This document shows positions 12,759-25,259 of a stretch of 53,857 bases of DNA, piece after piece. A model generated the notes under the pieces. It saw nothing but the letters and a program-made list of their open reading frames with translations, ran no database searches and was not told the DNA's origin. The position numbers and the translations under genes are program-made. The first letter of the stretch is position 1. Every line of letters starts with the position of its first letter. The DNA is taken from contig NGBS01000918.1 in assembly GCA_002245135.1 (NCBI GenBank), positions 1-53,857 of the forward strand. The letters are read 5' to 3'. Source of the stretch: Proteromonas lacertae. Its lineage: Eukaryota.

Positions 12759-13022
12759 TTGGCTTCAAATCCAGATGAGTTTTTAACTAACGAAGAGTTA
12801 TTGGAAATAGCAAATGTTGATGAGTCATCACATGAGCAAAGAGTTCAACAGCCAGTTAGGGAAAAAAGAGTATATGTTAGTCTAACCCAGACACAGATAG
12901 ATATTCTGAAGTGTGTATATGCTAAAGAAGGAAGAGAATATCCCTTACAGTCATATCAATCAATTACAGGAATTAAACCAAACAGATTAGAAGCATTGAT
13001 TAGACTCCTTAATAAAGGGTAG
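12759..13022 (+). pseudogene. Truncated HTH-like ORF, probable mobile-element remnant
   Basis: KRVYVSLTQTQIDILKCVY...YQSITGIKPNRLEALIRLLNKG; paralogous remnant at ~11200-11430. Confidence 0.35.
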
Positions 13023-13334
13023 TGTATTGATGATGTTATGATAATAGAACATGAGTCATTATTACTTTCAAGTACTGTTAAAGAAAACAACACTATCAAT
13101 TTAAATGGTTTAAAAGAAAAAATACCATAATAATTATTAAAGAATTTCTTATATTGAATTATATTATGCATTGCTATGTATAGTAAATATAATAAAATTG
13201 TATTATTAGTTTTTATTGACATTTTTAATTGTATATTTTATTTAATGTTATAATAAATACTAAATTGCTTATCTTGATATAATAAACTCATCTTTCTATA
13301 TATTATTTCATAACATTCATTATATTATAATGTA

Positions 13335-14225
13335 CTAGTTAAATTTAAATTGTTTAGATATATAAAATGATATCATATCTAATGATGTTATTCTATGTAT
13401 GACTATTACTTTTTTGTATATGGCACATTTTGAAGAAGATATTTGGTAGCTTGATAATCTATTAATACTAATATTTAGTTTGAATAATAACCAGGATATA
13501 TATTGATCATCTATTCTTAATAATTTTGGATAATTAAATGAATAATTAAATAGAATAGATGGTATATTTGAGGATAGAACAGTAAGAAATCCAGAATACA
13601 CACTTATTCCATTCTTTGGAAATATCGAATTGTATAATTCAGCAACTTGTAAAGGTGAGCTATATTTGTACGATTGATTTCCATTTACTCTACTCCATTT
13701 TCCTTTTTCTGCCCCCCAAAATTGATTATTTGATTTTTTATACGGTTTAATGATATTGTATAGTTGTTTAATATACACAAAACTATCTACATCAACTTTT
13801 GCATAATATTTAGCATATGGGCATAATTCATTTAAATACTTCATTGTATAAAGACAAAATAATGTTTCATTTGCAAAAGATTCATAAATGTTTAACTGCA
13901 TTATATCTCCATATATTTGGCTTTCAATTTTATAATTATTTATACACATTTTATTTCCTATACCTATTATAAACCTAATAGTTATATCTTTCGTATTTTT
14001 TCCCCATGTTAATCTTACTGCTATTCTTTCTGATATTTGCTTGCATTCAGAAATTATATATATATATAAATTAGTATTAGAATGGCAAATTGATTTATGA
14101 ATGAAATAATATTCATAAGGAAAAGGATGCGGATAATCTGTTTCTTTATAACTAATTTGGATTGATCTTGTATTCTGCTGAGTCAAACATTTTTGTTTGC
14201 ATTTCATTACTTTTAAACAATTCAC
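13335..14225 (-). CDS. GT31 beta-1,3-galactosyl/GlcNAc transferase (5' end uncertain)
   Basis: ERIAVRLTWG, RFIIG, ESQIYGDIMQ..ESFAN, YAKVDVDSFV, IDDQYIS are GT31 hallmark motifs. Confidence 0.85.
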   Translation of the reverse strand: MNCLKVMKCKQKCLTQQNTRSIQISYKETDYPHPFPYEYYFIHKSICHSNTNLYIYIISECKQISERIAVRLTWGKNTKDITIRFIIGIGNKMCINNYKIESQIYGDIMQLNIYESFANETLFCLYTMKYLNELCPYAKYYAKVDVDSFVYIKQLYNIIKPYKKSNNQFWGAEKGKWSRVNGNQSYKYSSPLQVAELYNSIFPKNGISVYSGFLTVLSSNIPSILFNYSFNYPKLLRIDDQYISWLLFKLNISINRLSSYQISSSKCAIYKKVIVIHRITSLDMISFYISKQFKFN

Positions 14226-14874
14226 TGTTTTGTAAATGATATTATAGTTAATATAACTATTATAGTAATCATTAATAAGTAATAATGAAATTGTGAATAT
14301 ATAATATAATAAACAAATATAATTTAGTATAATTTTATATTATATGTCTGAATATTAATAACTTCTTCATATCCTCTCTTCTTCATATTTCTACGATCTG
14401 TAAAAGTATGAAGAGTAGTATCTGGATCTGACTTTGCTATATCTTTTCTATTTTTAGGTTGTTATATCAATATCATCATCAGGTTGTTCACTCCATTATG
14501 TACATAATAAACAAAATTGTATGTAAAAGTGTTCTTTTCATCAATGCCACTACGTTTTAACATTTTGGTTTTTCTACTCTCCTCTTCAGTTGGTTTATAT
14601 TTTAACCAGGGTTGTATTTATCGGTCACCGACGGAGATAGGTCAAAACCTATAGGTTTTGCCTTGACATTCAGTCTGTCAAGCCTTACAAGCCATATATT
14701 ATAAAATCTATTTTAATTCATTATATACTAATTTTCCCTTCATAAAAACTATCTTATAATATATTTTAATACTTGATTCATATATTTTCAATTCAATTAA
14801 ATAATTTTTAACTTTTTATAAAGAATTACAATTTAATACTCAACAATAAGTAGGTATTTTATATGATTATGTTC

Positions 14875-16492
14875 TTATTTATTTCTACTAATCATCAGTT
14901 TTATTTGTAATCTATCACATGATAAATTTGATTTGGATAAGTTACTTATTTGTCCATCCTCGGAAAATATTCTTTCTGGCTCTGAAGATGTTGCTAGACT
15001 GTTTAAACTGTTCTTAGCAAGTATGTATACCCTAGGAAACTTGGACTTTAATGATAGCCTGATATTTCCAATGGTTTCAGAGGTGCTGTAATGAATATCA
15101 TATTGCAAATATTCTTGTACTTCATTTGGCATAATTAGTTAATAAATTTAAGATTTTTCAAATTCTGAATCGCTAAACCCTAGACTATGAAGAATGAATG
15201 ATTTCAATCTAGGGTCTAACATGCAGCACAACAGAGGCAAATCACTATCATTACATATATTATTTAGTCTTTCTATCATATTAATTTTGATACTCTCAGC
15301 ATACTCCTGTATCTTTGTTGGATAACCTGTTTTGAACTCAAATAAAGTCTATTTATAATGTAATACAGCCATTCCCATAGTCATGTTTCTATCTTCCAAT
15401 ATCTTAGTAAGTTTGTATAATGGTTCGAGTATATCACATAGTTTATCTAGAATAACATACGCTATATTGGTAAAGGGATAAATTTTAGCAACTCATCTTC
15501 TTTTGGTTTTATGGCATTAACTATACCTATAAGTTTTTCTTGGTTATACTGTTTAAGATTGTTTTTGTATTCATTTGTTTTTTCTTCATAATATTGATGC
15601 AATATTTCTTTACTTTCATAAAATTACTTTAACATAATATATAAACTATTCCACCGAGTTGTAGTTAAAGTAGGTATACATAAATTGAGCTTATTTTTGT
15701 TTACGACGGTTCTTAGTTGTTTACCTAGATCTACAAACACTTTTACATTAATATCTATAACTCCTCCTTGAACTATAGCCTTATTAATAGCAAGTTGAAG
15801 GCTATGGTTCATACATCTTACATTTGTTACACATGCATCTCTTATACCTTTCACCATATTCTTTCCATTGTCTGAAGTAACTGAAGTTATTTCAAATCCA
15901 TACATTTCTTTTATGAAATTTATTGTGTCTGTAATTGTGTCTGCCTTTTCATTAACAACTTCTACAACACCAAGTGTTACTGTAACTAATTCAAACAAAT
16001 CGTTGAAATAACATCCACTAATACCTACTAGTTCACTGGAACGCTCCGATTTCCACCCATCTATAGCAAGTGCGACGTGTTTACAATTTAAATCTTTCTT
16101 TAATTTATCCTATAAAAAATATAAAAATAATATACAACAATTTCTGTGTTTCTTTTAATTAAAAAGTCATTATATACCACTCTTCTTGGTGGCTTATATC
16201 CTAATTTACTGCAAAATCTACGAAAACTACTACTGTCTAACACAGTAGTGCTTATATGATCGTAAGTGATGAAATCAAATAAGCTTTGTTCTATCTCATC
16301 ATTGTTTATCTTTACATCTTCATCTACATAATTATGTGAACTAATTTGGTGAAGTTTGACAGCCTTTCCATTTTTCACGTTACAAGCATATCGAACACCA
16401 CAAAATATGCAAATGCATTTATCAAGGCTTTTTATCTTTAACATATTATACCAAAAGGTTTTGTAGAAGTTAAAATTAAGATGTTTAAGCAT
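14875..16492 (-). pseudogene. hAT transposase (BED zinc finger, DDE core, dimerization domain), disrupted
   Basis: CIFC...HQISSH; 26 nt intron 16110-16135; ALAIDGW; TSDNGKNM; CMNHSLQLA; TRWNS; ATSSEPERIFS. Premature TAA at 15624-15626 plus frameshifts. Confidence 0.9.
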
Positions 16493-16660
16493 ATTTGCCT
16501 CTTTTAAGGCAATAACTTCACGAGCCGCTCCAATTGGTAAAACTATACTCCTAGAATATATAATGATAGATTATATTAGATACATTTATAATAATTTTAA
16601 GAAATGATTAATGTCAAGCTAAAAGTTTGCCATTTTTTCTTTCAAATTTTTATAATCATT

Positions 16661-17149
16661 TGTTGTGCGCCGTTTGTCATAGTTGGCCGTTTGTCTATTA
16701 GACACTTTTAAAACAAACTAAATGTATATTCTTACTTGTCTTGATGAAAAATTGTTACTTTTATACTTACTTTGTTATATGACCTACCTCTGCATTATAC
16801 TTTTTTGATAATATAAATAGTTTGAATATTTGCGCCGTTTGTTTTCTAGAAATTTTTGAAGCAAACTAAATGCAAATTTAGCTAATATAAACTAAAATCC
16901 ATTAGCTGAAATGATTAGAATATAATAATTATTAAATCTTTATATATAAAAATAGAAATGTATAAAAAAGGCTTGAGTGAGGCTTGAGTCTATTTATATT
17001 GACAAAAAAGTATATTGCAGAGGTAGGTCATATAACAAAGTAAGTATAAAAGTAACAATTTTTCATCAAGACAAGTAAGAATATACATTAAGTTTGTTTT
17101 AAAAGTGTCTAATAGACAAACTGCCAACTATGACAAACGGCGCACAACA
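16661..17149. mobile_element. Non-autonomous MITE (489 bp), TGT...ACA termini, ~150-160 bp TIRs, Ginger-like
   Basis: Long near-perfect inverted repeats (16661-~16820 vs ~16990-17149); 5 bp TSD TCATT at 16656-16660 and 17150-17154. Confidence 0.88.
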
Positions 17150-17519
17150 TCATTCTATACTTTATTATTGCAGTTTCAAAAATATCGTTCGATTTGGCTC
17201 GAACGTTTCGATTCATTTTTTTTTACTTTCTTTTGTTTTTTATTTGATTTTTCTAATATATCATAAATAAATACATCATAATACAAAATTAATTAAGTCA
17301 AGCTCGAGCCTAAATTCCAAATCGTTCGAAGTATTTTAAATGGCTACTATATTATATGTATTAATTTTGGCCAACATAAAATCAAATGAAAAACCCCTAC
17401 AAAATATGTTTTTAATTCGGACAATTGTATAAAATTGTATAAAACCTTCTTTTAGGCTAATTACTCTTCTGGGATGTTTGTTATCTTTCTAATTCGTTTA
17501 ATGTCATTGTCTAGAACGA

Positions 17520-18629
17520 AGTCACCCTGTTGTAAAGACATGCCATACATGCTTCACGATATCTAAAAGCATATTTATGTCTGGTGGCTTGGCTTGACAT
17601 TATTTCATTCCAAATTCTTTTTGCAGCTTCTTCTAGGCTATCTAAGTCTTTGAAATTGTTTTCATCTTCACTAATCTTGTGTTATAGAGTCGCCCAGACC
17701 TTTTCAATAGGATTTAAGTCTGGAGAAAACGGTGGATGTCTGATAGGTTTCCAACCGTTCCTTTGAAGATATTCTGTGATATACCTACTTTTATGTATGC
17801 TGGCATTGTCTTGTAAGAAATAACATTGTCTCTGATGGTTTACCAATGGATGCTGTTGAATTAGAGGCGGTAAAGTTTTCTTTAAAAATCGACAATATCT
17901 AACTGAATTTATTGCCTTGCTTACACCATCTTTGGGTTCAAATGACTTCTGCATAACCATCAGATCAGTGAATCCATACTCTGAAAAGGCACCCCAGACC
18001 ATAACACCTGCGTTTCCTTTGATCCTTTGCTTCCTAATAATAGGTTTTCCAGAGATACTCCATCCAACACTTTTAACATTTCTAAGTCTAATCATCGACT
18101 CATCTGAGAACATAATCGTCTTATAATCCAAGAATATGTTTTGAGATACTGTCATTAATCTTTCTTCAACGTTCTTTTGGGTCAAGCCTGGACAAACTCC
18201 ACTATTTCCGAAAAAGATCTTCCATGATTTACAATAACGACGAATTGTACTTAATGATACTGTTGAGGGGATTAAGCTGTTCTTCACCAACACATTTCTG
18301 AGTGTTTTGGCAGATTGAATTGTAATGCCATTAACTTGACTTCTCAAGATATAATCTCTAACAACTTGCCCACTAATGATAGAGTTCATAATAATTGGCT
18401 TTCTCCCGCTTCTAACCTTAGGTGGTGAAATACTTGATTTGGCTTTGGACGTCTTCAACCCCATAATTTGTAAGTACTTCCAAATAGTACTCTTGGTTCT
18501 TGCCATTTTTAAGGCAATTTCTCCAATACTACAAGATTGATTTACCAGAGCTATAATTTTTTCTTTTTCAGACTCTGTAACAGGAGTTTGTTTGACAGTG
18601 ACTTTGCATGGTTGTTTTGGGGATCTCAT
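17520..18629 (-). pseudogene. Tc1/mariner (DD34E) transposase with a premature stop
   Basis: N-terminal HTH; FSDES, VMVWGAF, LQDNASIH, SPDLNPIE with 34 residues between D2 and E. TAA at 17682-17684 is followed in frame by HKI...LEEAAKRIWNEI. TIRs not identified. Confidence 0.88.
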
Positions 18630-19830
18630 TTGCTCTAATTAGCGAGAAAGAATTAAATAAAGGGAATGAAAATTCAAACAAAACGACTATTTTTATTGAA
18701 ATCGTTCGATTTTTGTTTTTGATTTTTAATTATGAAAAAGTTATTTGATCAGTCTAAAATTAAAATTGTGTTAATTACCTATAAGGTAGCAATAGATTTA
18801 TGATATAAAAATCAATAGATAATGAGACATTTCAAAAAGTGATAAATAAAAATTAAAAAAATAAACAACTAGTTTAGTTTTTTTTATTATTTTTGGTTGT
18901 ATTTTTTTTTGGCTGAATTATTGATAGTTTTCTTATATTTGATAAAAACTCTATCAAGTCATGCTTGTAAATAGTACAAAAAAATAAAGACAATACATAT
19001 TTATAGTATTTAAAGAGAATGGGATGGCCAAGCCAAACCCATTTTTGATTCTGCTATTATTACATATATAACACAATAGAATAACTCATTTGTAAGGTTA
19101 GGTTCAATTATGAAGAAAGAAAAAAGCGCATCGACCGAAGGTTAATTCGGTATTTTATAGAATGATATATAGAGTTTTAATTTAATATGTACAGTTAGAT
19201 AATATTATTAATATCACATGTTTAGGAGGAGGTGAGCTAATAGTTACTACAGCCTGGTGTCGGTCAACATTTGTTTATTGACCTACGACCGATCGGTTTT
19301 CTCCGTCGGTCATGACCAATTTATACAACCCTGATTTTAACTACTTCACTTTCAGTGTTTTATTCGCTGCTAGAGAATAAAAATATTAACTGAGATGATT
19401 GAAATACTTATATTTTAAAAGCTAATGCAAGCATTTACCAGTCTTGATCAACCTATGGATGACATAGAGCAAGAGGATTCTTCGGACTATTATTACTTCA
19501 AGTGCTTGTTTTCCCTTACTATTACAGGAAGAGGTTATAATTTCATGAGGGAAGTGACTATTAGCACAAAGAATAACCATAAAATAGATATTAATACATT
19601 TAATTTTTAAATTATGCCAATTGAATTTCATATTTATAGGAAAATATTTCATGATACTATTCATAACATCTATGTATATGTCATTATAAAATGTTCAACA
19701 TGTTAAGAATTACTAAATGAAATCATTCATTTGATTAATCACTTTTTACTAAGTTATAAATTATGGATGTTAGAATGTTAATCACCTTAAATCAAATACA
19801 GATTATATATTTTACTTCATACCTACTTCA

Positions 19831-20080
19831 GTGTTGAAACAAAGATTATCATACAAGAAGCAAAAGAAATATATAGCTAAAAAAGGAGTAGATATTACTA
19901 TATTTTCACATAATAATAATCACAATTTTTATGGAATTATATCTGTAAATCTTACACTTCTTTTTTGCACTAATAATTCATGTAATCTAAACTATATGGG
20001 ATATTGCATATATGCTGATGAACATCATTTCACATTTAACTTTTAAAAGAGTATATTTAATTATACAATTGAAATAATTA
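19831..20080 (+). pseudogene. C-terminal SGNH remnant of another OafA-like acyltransferase
   Basis: FCTNNSC...CIYADEHHFTFNF aligns with ICKRRIC...VVYFDRHHLNPTF of the 6370 gene. Confidence 0.5.
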
Positions 20081-20091
20081 AGTAGTTTATC

Positions 20092-21466
20092 ATAAATAAT
20101 AATAAATTATCTGCAAAATTAGAATGTGAATATGTACTATATAAAAATAAGATACTAAGAGCTTGGAAATATCCATATAAAGGATGCAATTTAAAATTAT
20201 ATTTTTAAAATATTGTCAAGATATGTAAATAGAAATAATAGTTGTAATATGAAAATAAGTTAATATGATTCAAAATACTTATATACAACAGCTAAGAGGC
20301 ATATCAATTATTTTTATTATATTATATCATTATTTGAAAAAAGAAAAAACTGATGGATATTTAAGTGTATCTATTTTTTTACAAATATCTGGATATATAA
20401 TTAATTACAGCTCATTGAATAGAAAATTTAGTACTATATATTTTTATTATAGGAGAATTGTCAATATATTGCCACAGCTTTTCATTACTGTTTTGTTTAT
20501 CATATACTTTAATAGAAACAATAGCTACAACATGAAAATTAGTTTATATGATGAAATTATGTCTGTCATTAAAATGAGTTCAAATACTTATTTCTATAAA
20601 AAAGATATAAATTATTTTAGCCAATTTGATAATCCTTCATATACATTGCATTTCTGGTACATATCTTTACAACAACAATTATATATCATATATCCTATAT
20701 TACTAGTATTTTATATTAACAATAAGAAACTGCTTTATTTTATACTATTATCAAGTTTCAGTGTATTTTCTTATTCTATTTTTATCAATCCATCTTTTTC
20801 TTATTATTTAATTTTTAGTAGAGCATTTGAATTTATAATTGGTATGCTTTCTAATAGAATACTAACTTCAACAAATAATTATTATTTTAACCAAAACTTA
20901 TTTGCATTTATAATAATTATAATACAATTAGTGGATATAAAAGTATGTAGATTATTTAAATTTTTGGCAATAAATATATTATCTTCATTATTATTGAGAA
21001 TGATTTATTCAAATTCATTAAATGAATATTTTATTCTGAATAACAGTGTGTTATATATAATAGGTAATTTATCATATGAGTTATATCTTATACATTATCC
21101 ATTAATTATATTAAATCTATACAATATATTTATTTATATGATGGTGTTATTATTATTATCCATCATTCTATCTTATACAAAGAATTTAAATAATAGAATA
21201 TTGTTTATAATATCTCTGCTTTTACCTTTACTAATCATTATATATATAGAAAATAGAAGATCAATATATAATACAAAATTCAATAACATTATTATTGCTC
21301 CAAAAATTAATCCAATGAAAGAATATGAAAATTCTTATATTTACCTCAAAAAATATAATCCATACAAAATTAATCAAACAAATAATCTTTTGTTGTTAGG
21401 AGATTCGCATCTTATGCAGTGGTTTCCATCATTAATTAGAATTGCAAAATCAAAGAAATATGGAAT
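20092..21466 (+). repeat. 1375 bp inverted duplicate of 3316-4690
   Basis: Both breakpoints traced by eye, giving equal lengths; the encoded protein is identical up to KKYG. Confidence 0.92.
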
Positions 21467-21850
21467 GTTTCATAAATATATAACACAAAAATTATTGAAA
21501 ACATACTGTTTGATGATATAAAGAATATTTTAATCTATTATAGCAAAATGAACCTTTTAGTAATATCATCCTTTTACATGAATCACATAAGATTAAATAA
21601 ATTAAAAAATTTATATAAATTTAAACAAAACTTTAAAACATATATAAATACTCTTTCTAATTATACATTACGTTCATATATAATTAAGGATATACCATAT
21701 CTATTTCATAACCCATTAAATTGCGTTTATTCTCTTGCAAACATAAGAAACTATTTTTCAGTAATTGGAATTAATGCATTTGTTGAAGAAATTCCTGTAG
21801 TATCAAATCACAATATAAAATATTGCAACATGAACAAATATATTTGCACA
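20265..21850 (+). pseudogene. Chimeric, frameshifted OafA-like acyltransferase
   Basis: Identical to the 2823-4517 gene up to 21466. It then continues in another frame with a diverged paralogous SGNH segment (VISSF...YIIKDIPY..HNPLNCVYS...KYCNMNKYIC) that is truncated before the DxxH motif. Confidence 0.8.
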
Positions 21851-21895
21851 AATACATTTTCAGACAGTAATAAAACAGAAACAATAAATGAAAAT

Positions 21896-22894
21896 ATGTA
21901 TAATTCGAGATGTATTTGTGTATGGAAATTATATGAACTATTTATAATTATTATTATATTTATACTTATTCTTGTATGTGAATCAACATTATTCACTAAA
22001 TATAAAGTAGAAAACACATTATCAAATTTGTTAATAAAAAATAGTTGGAATGTTTCAAACATGTTCTTAAAAGCTTCTATTTTATACAATCAAAGATTAC
22101 CATACATGAATTATTTATATAACAAAATCAAAAAATATAAAGGAGATAAAAAAGCTATAATTGTTTTACTTAACTATAAGGAAATTAAACAATTCATTAA
22201 ACGTAATTTACTATTTTTGAAACAACATCATCATGATAAGATAATATTTTTCGTTACAGAAAATAAAACAATAAATGAAGTATATTATAAAATAAAATAC
22301 AACGTGATAGATGTATCAGAGATATTCTATAAATTTCCTTATTTATTTAATGATTCAGCTTTTACACCTAATTTTATTAAAAGAGGTAAATGGAATTATC
22401 AACATATGTGTAGATTCTTTTTTAGAGATATATTTCTTCATTCATATTTAAGAGATGTTGAATACTTAATGAGGCTTGATTCAGAATCTTTTATTAATAC
22501 TACATCAAATTTATTCAATTTGATGGGAAATAAATATGTGTATATGCATAATAAAGTGCTAAATGATGCAAAACCAGTTGTAAAAGAATTAAAAGAGTTT
22601 ACTGAGTCACTGGTAAAAGTTACTAATATCAAAGCCAAAGATGAAATTAGTTTTAGTAAAACATTTCATAAAACTTCATTAATATATTATAATAACTTTG
22701 AAATATGTAAAATGAGTTTCTTTAGATCAAAGGAAATGTTTAAATTTGTTAATTTAATTGATTTAAGTTATGGGCAGTTTATATATAGATGGGGAGATGC
22801 TCCGCTAAGATATATTAGTTTATCTTTGTTTGCTGATAATAAATCAAAAATTCCTCTTCCTTCTAAAGTAAAATATTGCCATAAACATTGCTAG
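21896..22894 (+). CDS. GT15 (Kre2/Mnt1/Ktr-like) alpha-1,2-mannosyltransferase
   Basis: NYQHMCRFF, YLMRLDSES, YYNNFEI, IYRWGDAPLR; type II anchor after the Met at 21896 (the ORF finder extends the 5' end into the SGNH remnant). Confidence 0.88.
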   Translation: MYNSRCICVWKLYELFIIIIIFILILVCESTLFTKYKVENTLSNLLIKNSWNVSNMFLKASILYNQRLPYMNYLYNKIKKYKGDKKAIIVLLNYKEIKQFIKRNLLFLKQHHHDKIIFFVTENKTINEVYYKIKYNVIDVSEIFYKFPYLFNDSAFTPNFIKRGKWNYQHMCRFFFRDIFLHSYLRDVEYLMRLDSESFINTTSNLFNLMGNKYVYMHNKVLNDAKPVVKELKEFTESLVKVTNIKAKDEISFSKTFHKTSLIYYNNFEICKMSFFRSKEMFKFVNLIDLSYGQFIYRWGDAPLRYISLSLFADNKSKIPLPSKVKYCHKHC

Positions 22895-22905
22895 AATATG
22901 AATTG

Positions 22906-24102
22906 TTATTTTCCATAAAGATATAGATTTGAATTATTATGAAACAATAATTCAAACTTATTATAGATACTATTCAAATGTATTTCTAAATAATCTAAAG
23001 ATCTATCTACTATATTAGTTTTGCATTGATATCCTTTAAATCTTGTATGTCTTACATAACCGTTTGTTATGTTTATTACCTTTATTTTTATAGGAAGTAT
23101 AGCTTCAGAATATTTATGTACATTAAGAATAGAAAACTTATTAAGATTTCCAACAATATATTTTTCATATCCCCTTTCAATTATACAACATTTTTTATAT
23201 TTTGTAATTGAATTATATCTTAGAGAATTGTAAGGAAACAGAATAGAACGAAATACATACATATCACTTTTTGAGTTATCTAAATTGTGTAAAAATGATA
23301 TGTAATTTTTATTTTTAACAGGATATATTAATTCATCTATATCATTAAATATAATGAATTTTGTATAATTCATAAATCGATATAATATTTCATTTATTTT
23401 TTCGACTTGACCAGTTCCATGTACAAATCGAATTTCTTTATTAAAGCAAAAAGGTATTAATTCAACAAATTTTGTTTTTACATAATGAAATAGAATTGAT
23501 TTAATAAAATAAGATGATGATGTTACATGAACTACAATATGTTCTACACCATATAGTTTTGATATTTCAATTATGTCAATTATTCGTTTGTAATTTTTAA
23601 TTTGATGAAAATTTACAATGGATAATATTATATTATATATTCCTTTAGGTTTATAGAAGAGAAGAGGAATTACATTATTATTAATTTTAACAATTTTTGG
23701 AGATTCATTTAATTCATTATAAGTTATAAATAATGATATGTATGTTAAATTGCTATGTTTATTTATATTATATAATCTCTTAACAGTGATTCTACATGAA
23801 ATAATTAACATATTAAATATAATATTGCAAGAAAAATTGTAATTCTTTAATGGATTTGAAACACCAATTAGAATTATTCTATTGTTATTAATTCTATTTG
23901 AAGAATAAATAAATATTTCATTATTTATACTGGCTAAGTGTTGATAATTACATGTATAGCTTTTTTCCAAATACAAATCTTCAACATTTTTATATTTATA
24001 TATAAACATAGAAATAATGAAATGTAAAATAAAATATAAGGTTAAATAGTATAAAATCATACAATTAATGCTAATAATATATACTATCATATTCTTCTCC
24101 AA
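22906..24102 (-). CDS. GT92/DUF23-family glycosyltransferase
   Basis: YGVEHIVVH, GQVEKINEILYR, IIFNDIDELIYP, EKYIV...VH; N-terminal TM segment. Confidence 0.8.
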   Translation of the reverse strand: MEKNMIVYIISINCMILYYLTLYFILHFIISMFIYKYKNVEDLYLEKSYTCNYQHLASINNEIFIYSSNRINNNRIILIGVSNPLKNYNFSCNIIFNMLIISCRITVKRLYNINKHSNLTYISLFITYNELNESPKIVKINNNVIPLLFYKPKGIYNIILSIVNFHQIKNYKRIIDIIEISKLYGVEHIVVHVTSSSYFIKSILFHYVKTKFVELIPFCFNKEIRFVHGTGQVEKINEILYRFMNYTKFIIFNDIDELIYPVKNKNYISFLHNLDNSKSDMYVFRSILFPYNSLRYNSITKYKKCCIIERGYEKYIVGNLNKFSILNVHKYSEAILPIKIKVINITNGYVRHTRFKGYQCKTNIVDRSLDYLEIHLNSIYNKFELLFHNNSNLYLYGK

Positions 24103-25123
24103 AATATTGTGATATTTCTAAAACTACACCTTATATTATTAATTCTTCCTGATTTTATCATGTATACATTTTCTTGATTCTCATCCAACAGTATTCCAGA
24201 TTTAAGAATAGCTGTCAATCCATATGTGCTTTCTGATATTGCAAATAAGCTAGATTTGGATAATATTTCATGTTCAACAATTATTGTACAATCTGTTTTA
24301 TGAAACTTATAATGGTTAGTCTTATTTCTAGAATATAAAACAACATTATTATTCTTTTTAGAAAATGACTCCTTCAGTTTGTATGAATCGCTAGTCAAAA
24401 ATATTTTATTATACTTAGATGCTTTAATAGATACATTCATTATCAAATTAACATCATTTGCATTACTATATTCATTTTCTTTTAAATCTGCATTTCCTAC
24501 CCTAATCTGAACTCCCATGTAATACTTAAGATTATATTTAGTTAGGAATTTATTAACTTTTATTAACAAGCTATATTTTAACTTTAAAAACTTTGTTAGT
24601 ATTATATGATATATAGAGAAAATAGTTTCTCTTTTCTTTTTATAGCATTTTATCATCATATATTTAATTATCTTTTTCTTTGAAACTTGATAGTTTGTTA
24701 CAGTGAATAATATATCACACCAAATATATGCTAAATATATATTTTTATCACCGTTAATTGATGTGAATTTATTTATGTCAAAAGGACACAAAGAATGTCT
24801 ATTTGCTTTAGTAATTGCAGATGAAGTAATATTATACTTTGGAACATAATAAAACAAATTAAATTCTTTCCAGTTTTCAACTATATTATTACATTACTTA
24901 TAATACTGATAGGTTTAGATTCAAAAATAATGGAAATTGTAATCAATCCTACAAATGACATTAATCTATTTCCCAGTCCAGCTATCATATTAATATTAGT
25001 CTCTTTATTGCTAGTTTTAAACATTTGAATTATGGGGTATATATTATCTGTATGAACTTTAATTTTAATTACATACAATAACAATTGAAATACAAAAAAT
25101 ACAAAATACAAATATTTTATCAT
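24087..25123 (-). CDS. O-fucosyltransferase-like (GT-B; GT23/GT37-like) protein, 1 intron
   Basis: AGLGNRLMS, MGVQIRVG, IFLTSDS, STYGLTA; intron 24881-24906 (26 nt) joins the two ORFs in frame. Confidence 0.78.
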
Positions 25124-25259
25124 TGTTATAACTATTCTATATTTAATAATTTCTTAATAACACATATATAAGTTTTTCTTTTGTTTATCATATTTATTAC
25201 TAATATTACTCTATGCTTTAAATAGTTTTATACCCATTACAAAATACTCTAATTCTAAA

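Larger units (their letters stand above)
14607..19333 (-). mobile_element. hAT DNA transposon (4727 bp) with nested insertions
   Basis: Perfect 11 bp TIR CAGGGTTGTAT/ATACAACCCTG; exact 8 bp TSD ATTTTAAC at 14599-14606 and 19334-19341; contains a hAT transposase pseudogene. Confidence 0.93.

Noticed and set aside
17155..19120. Terminal inverted repeats for the Tc1 transposase
   Set aside because: Only short recurring ATCGTTCGA motifs were found; there is no convincing TA-flanked TIR pair.
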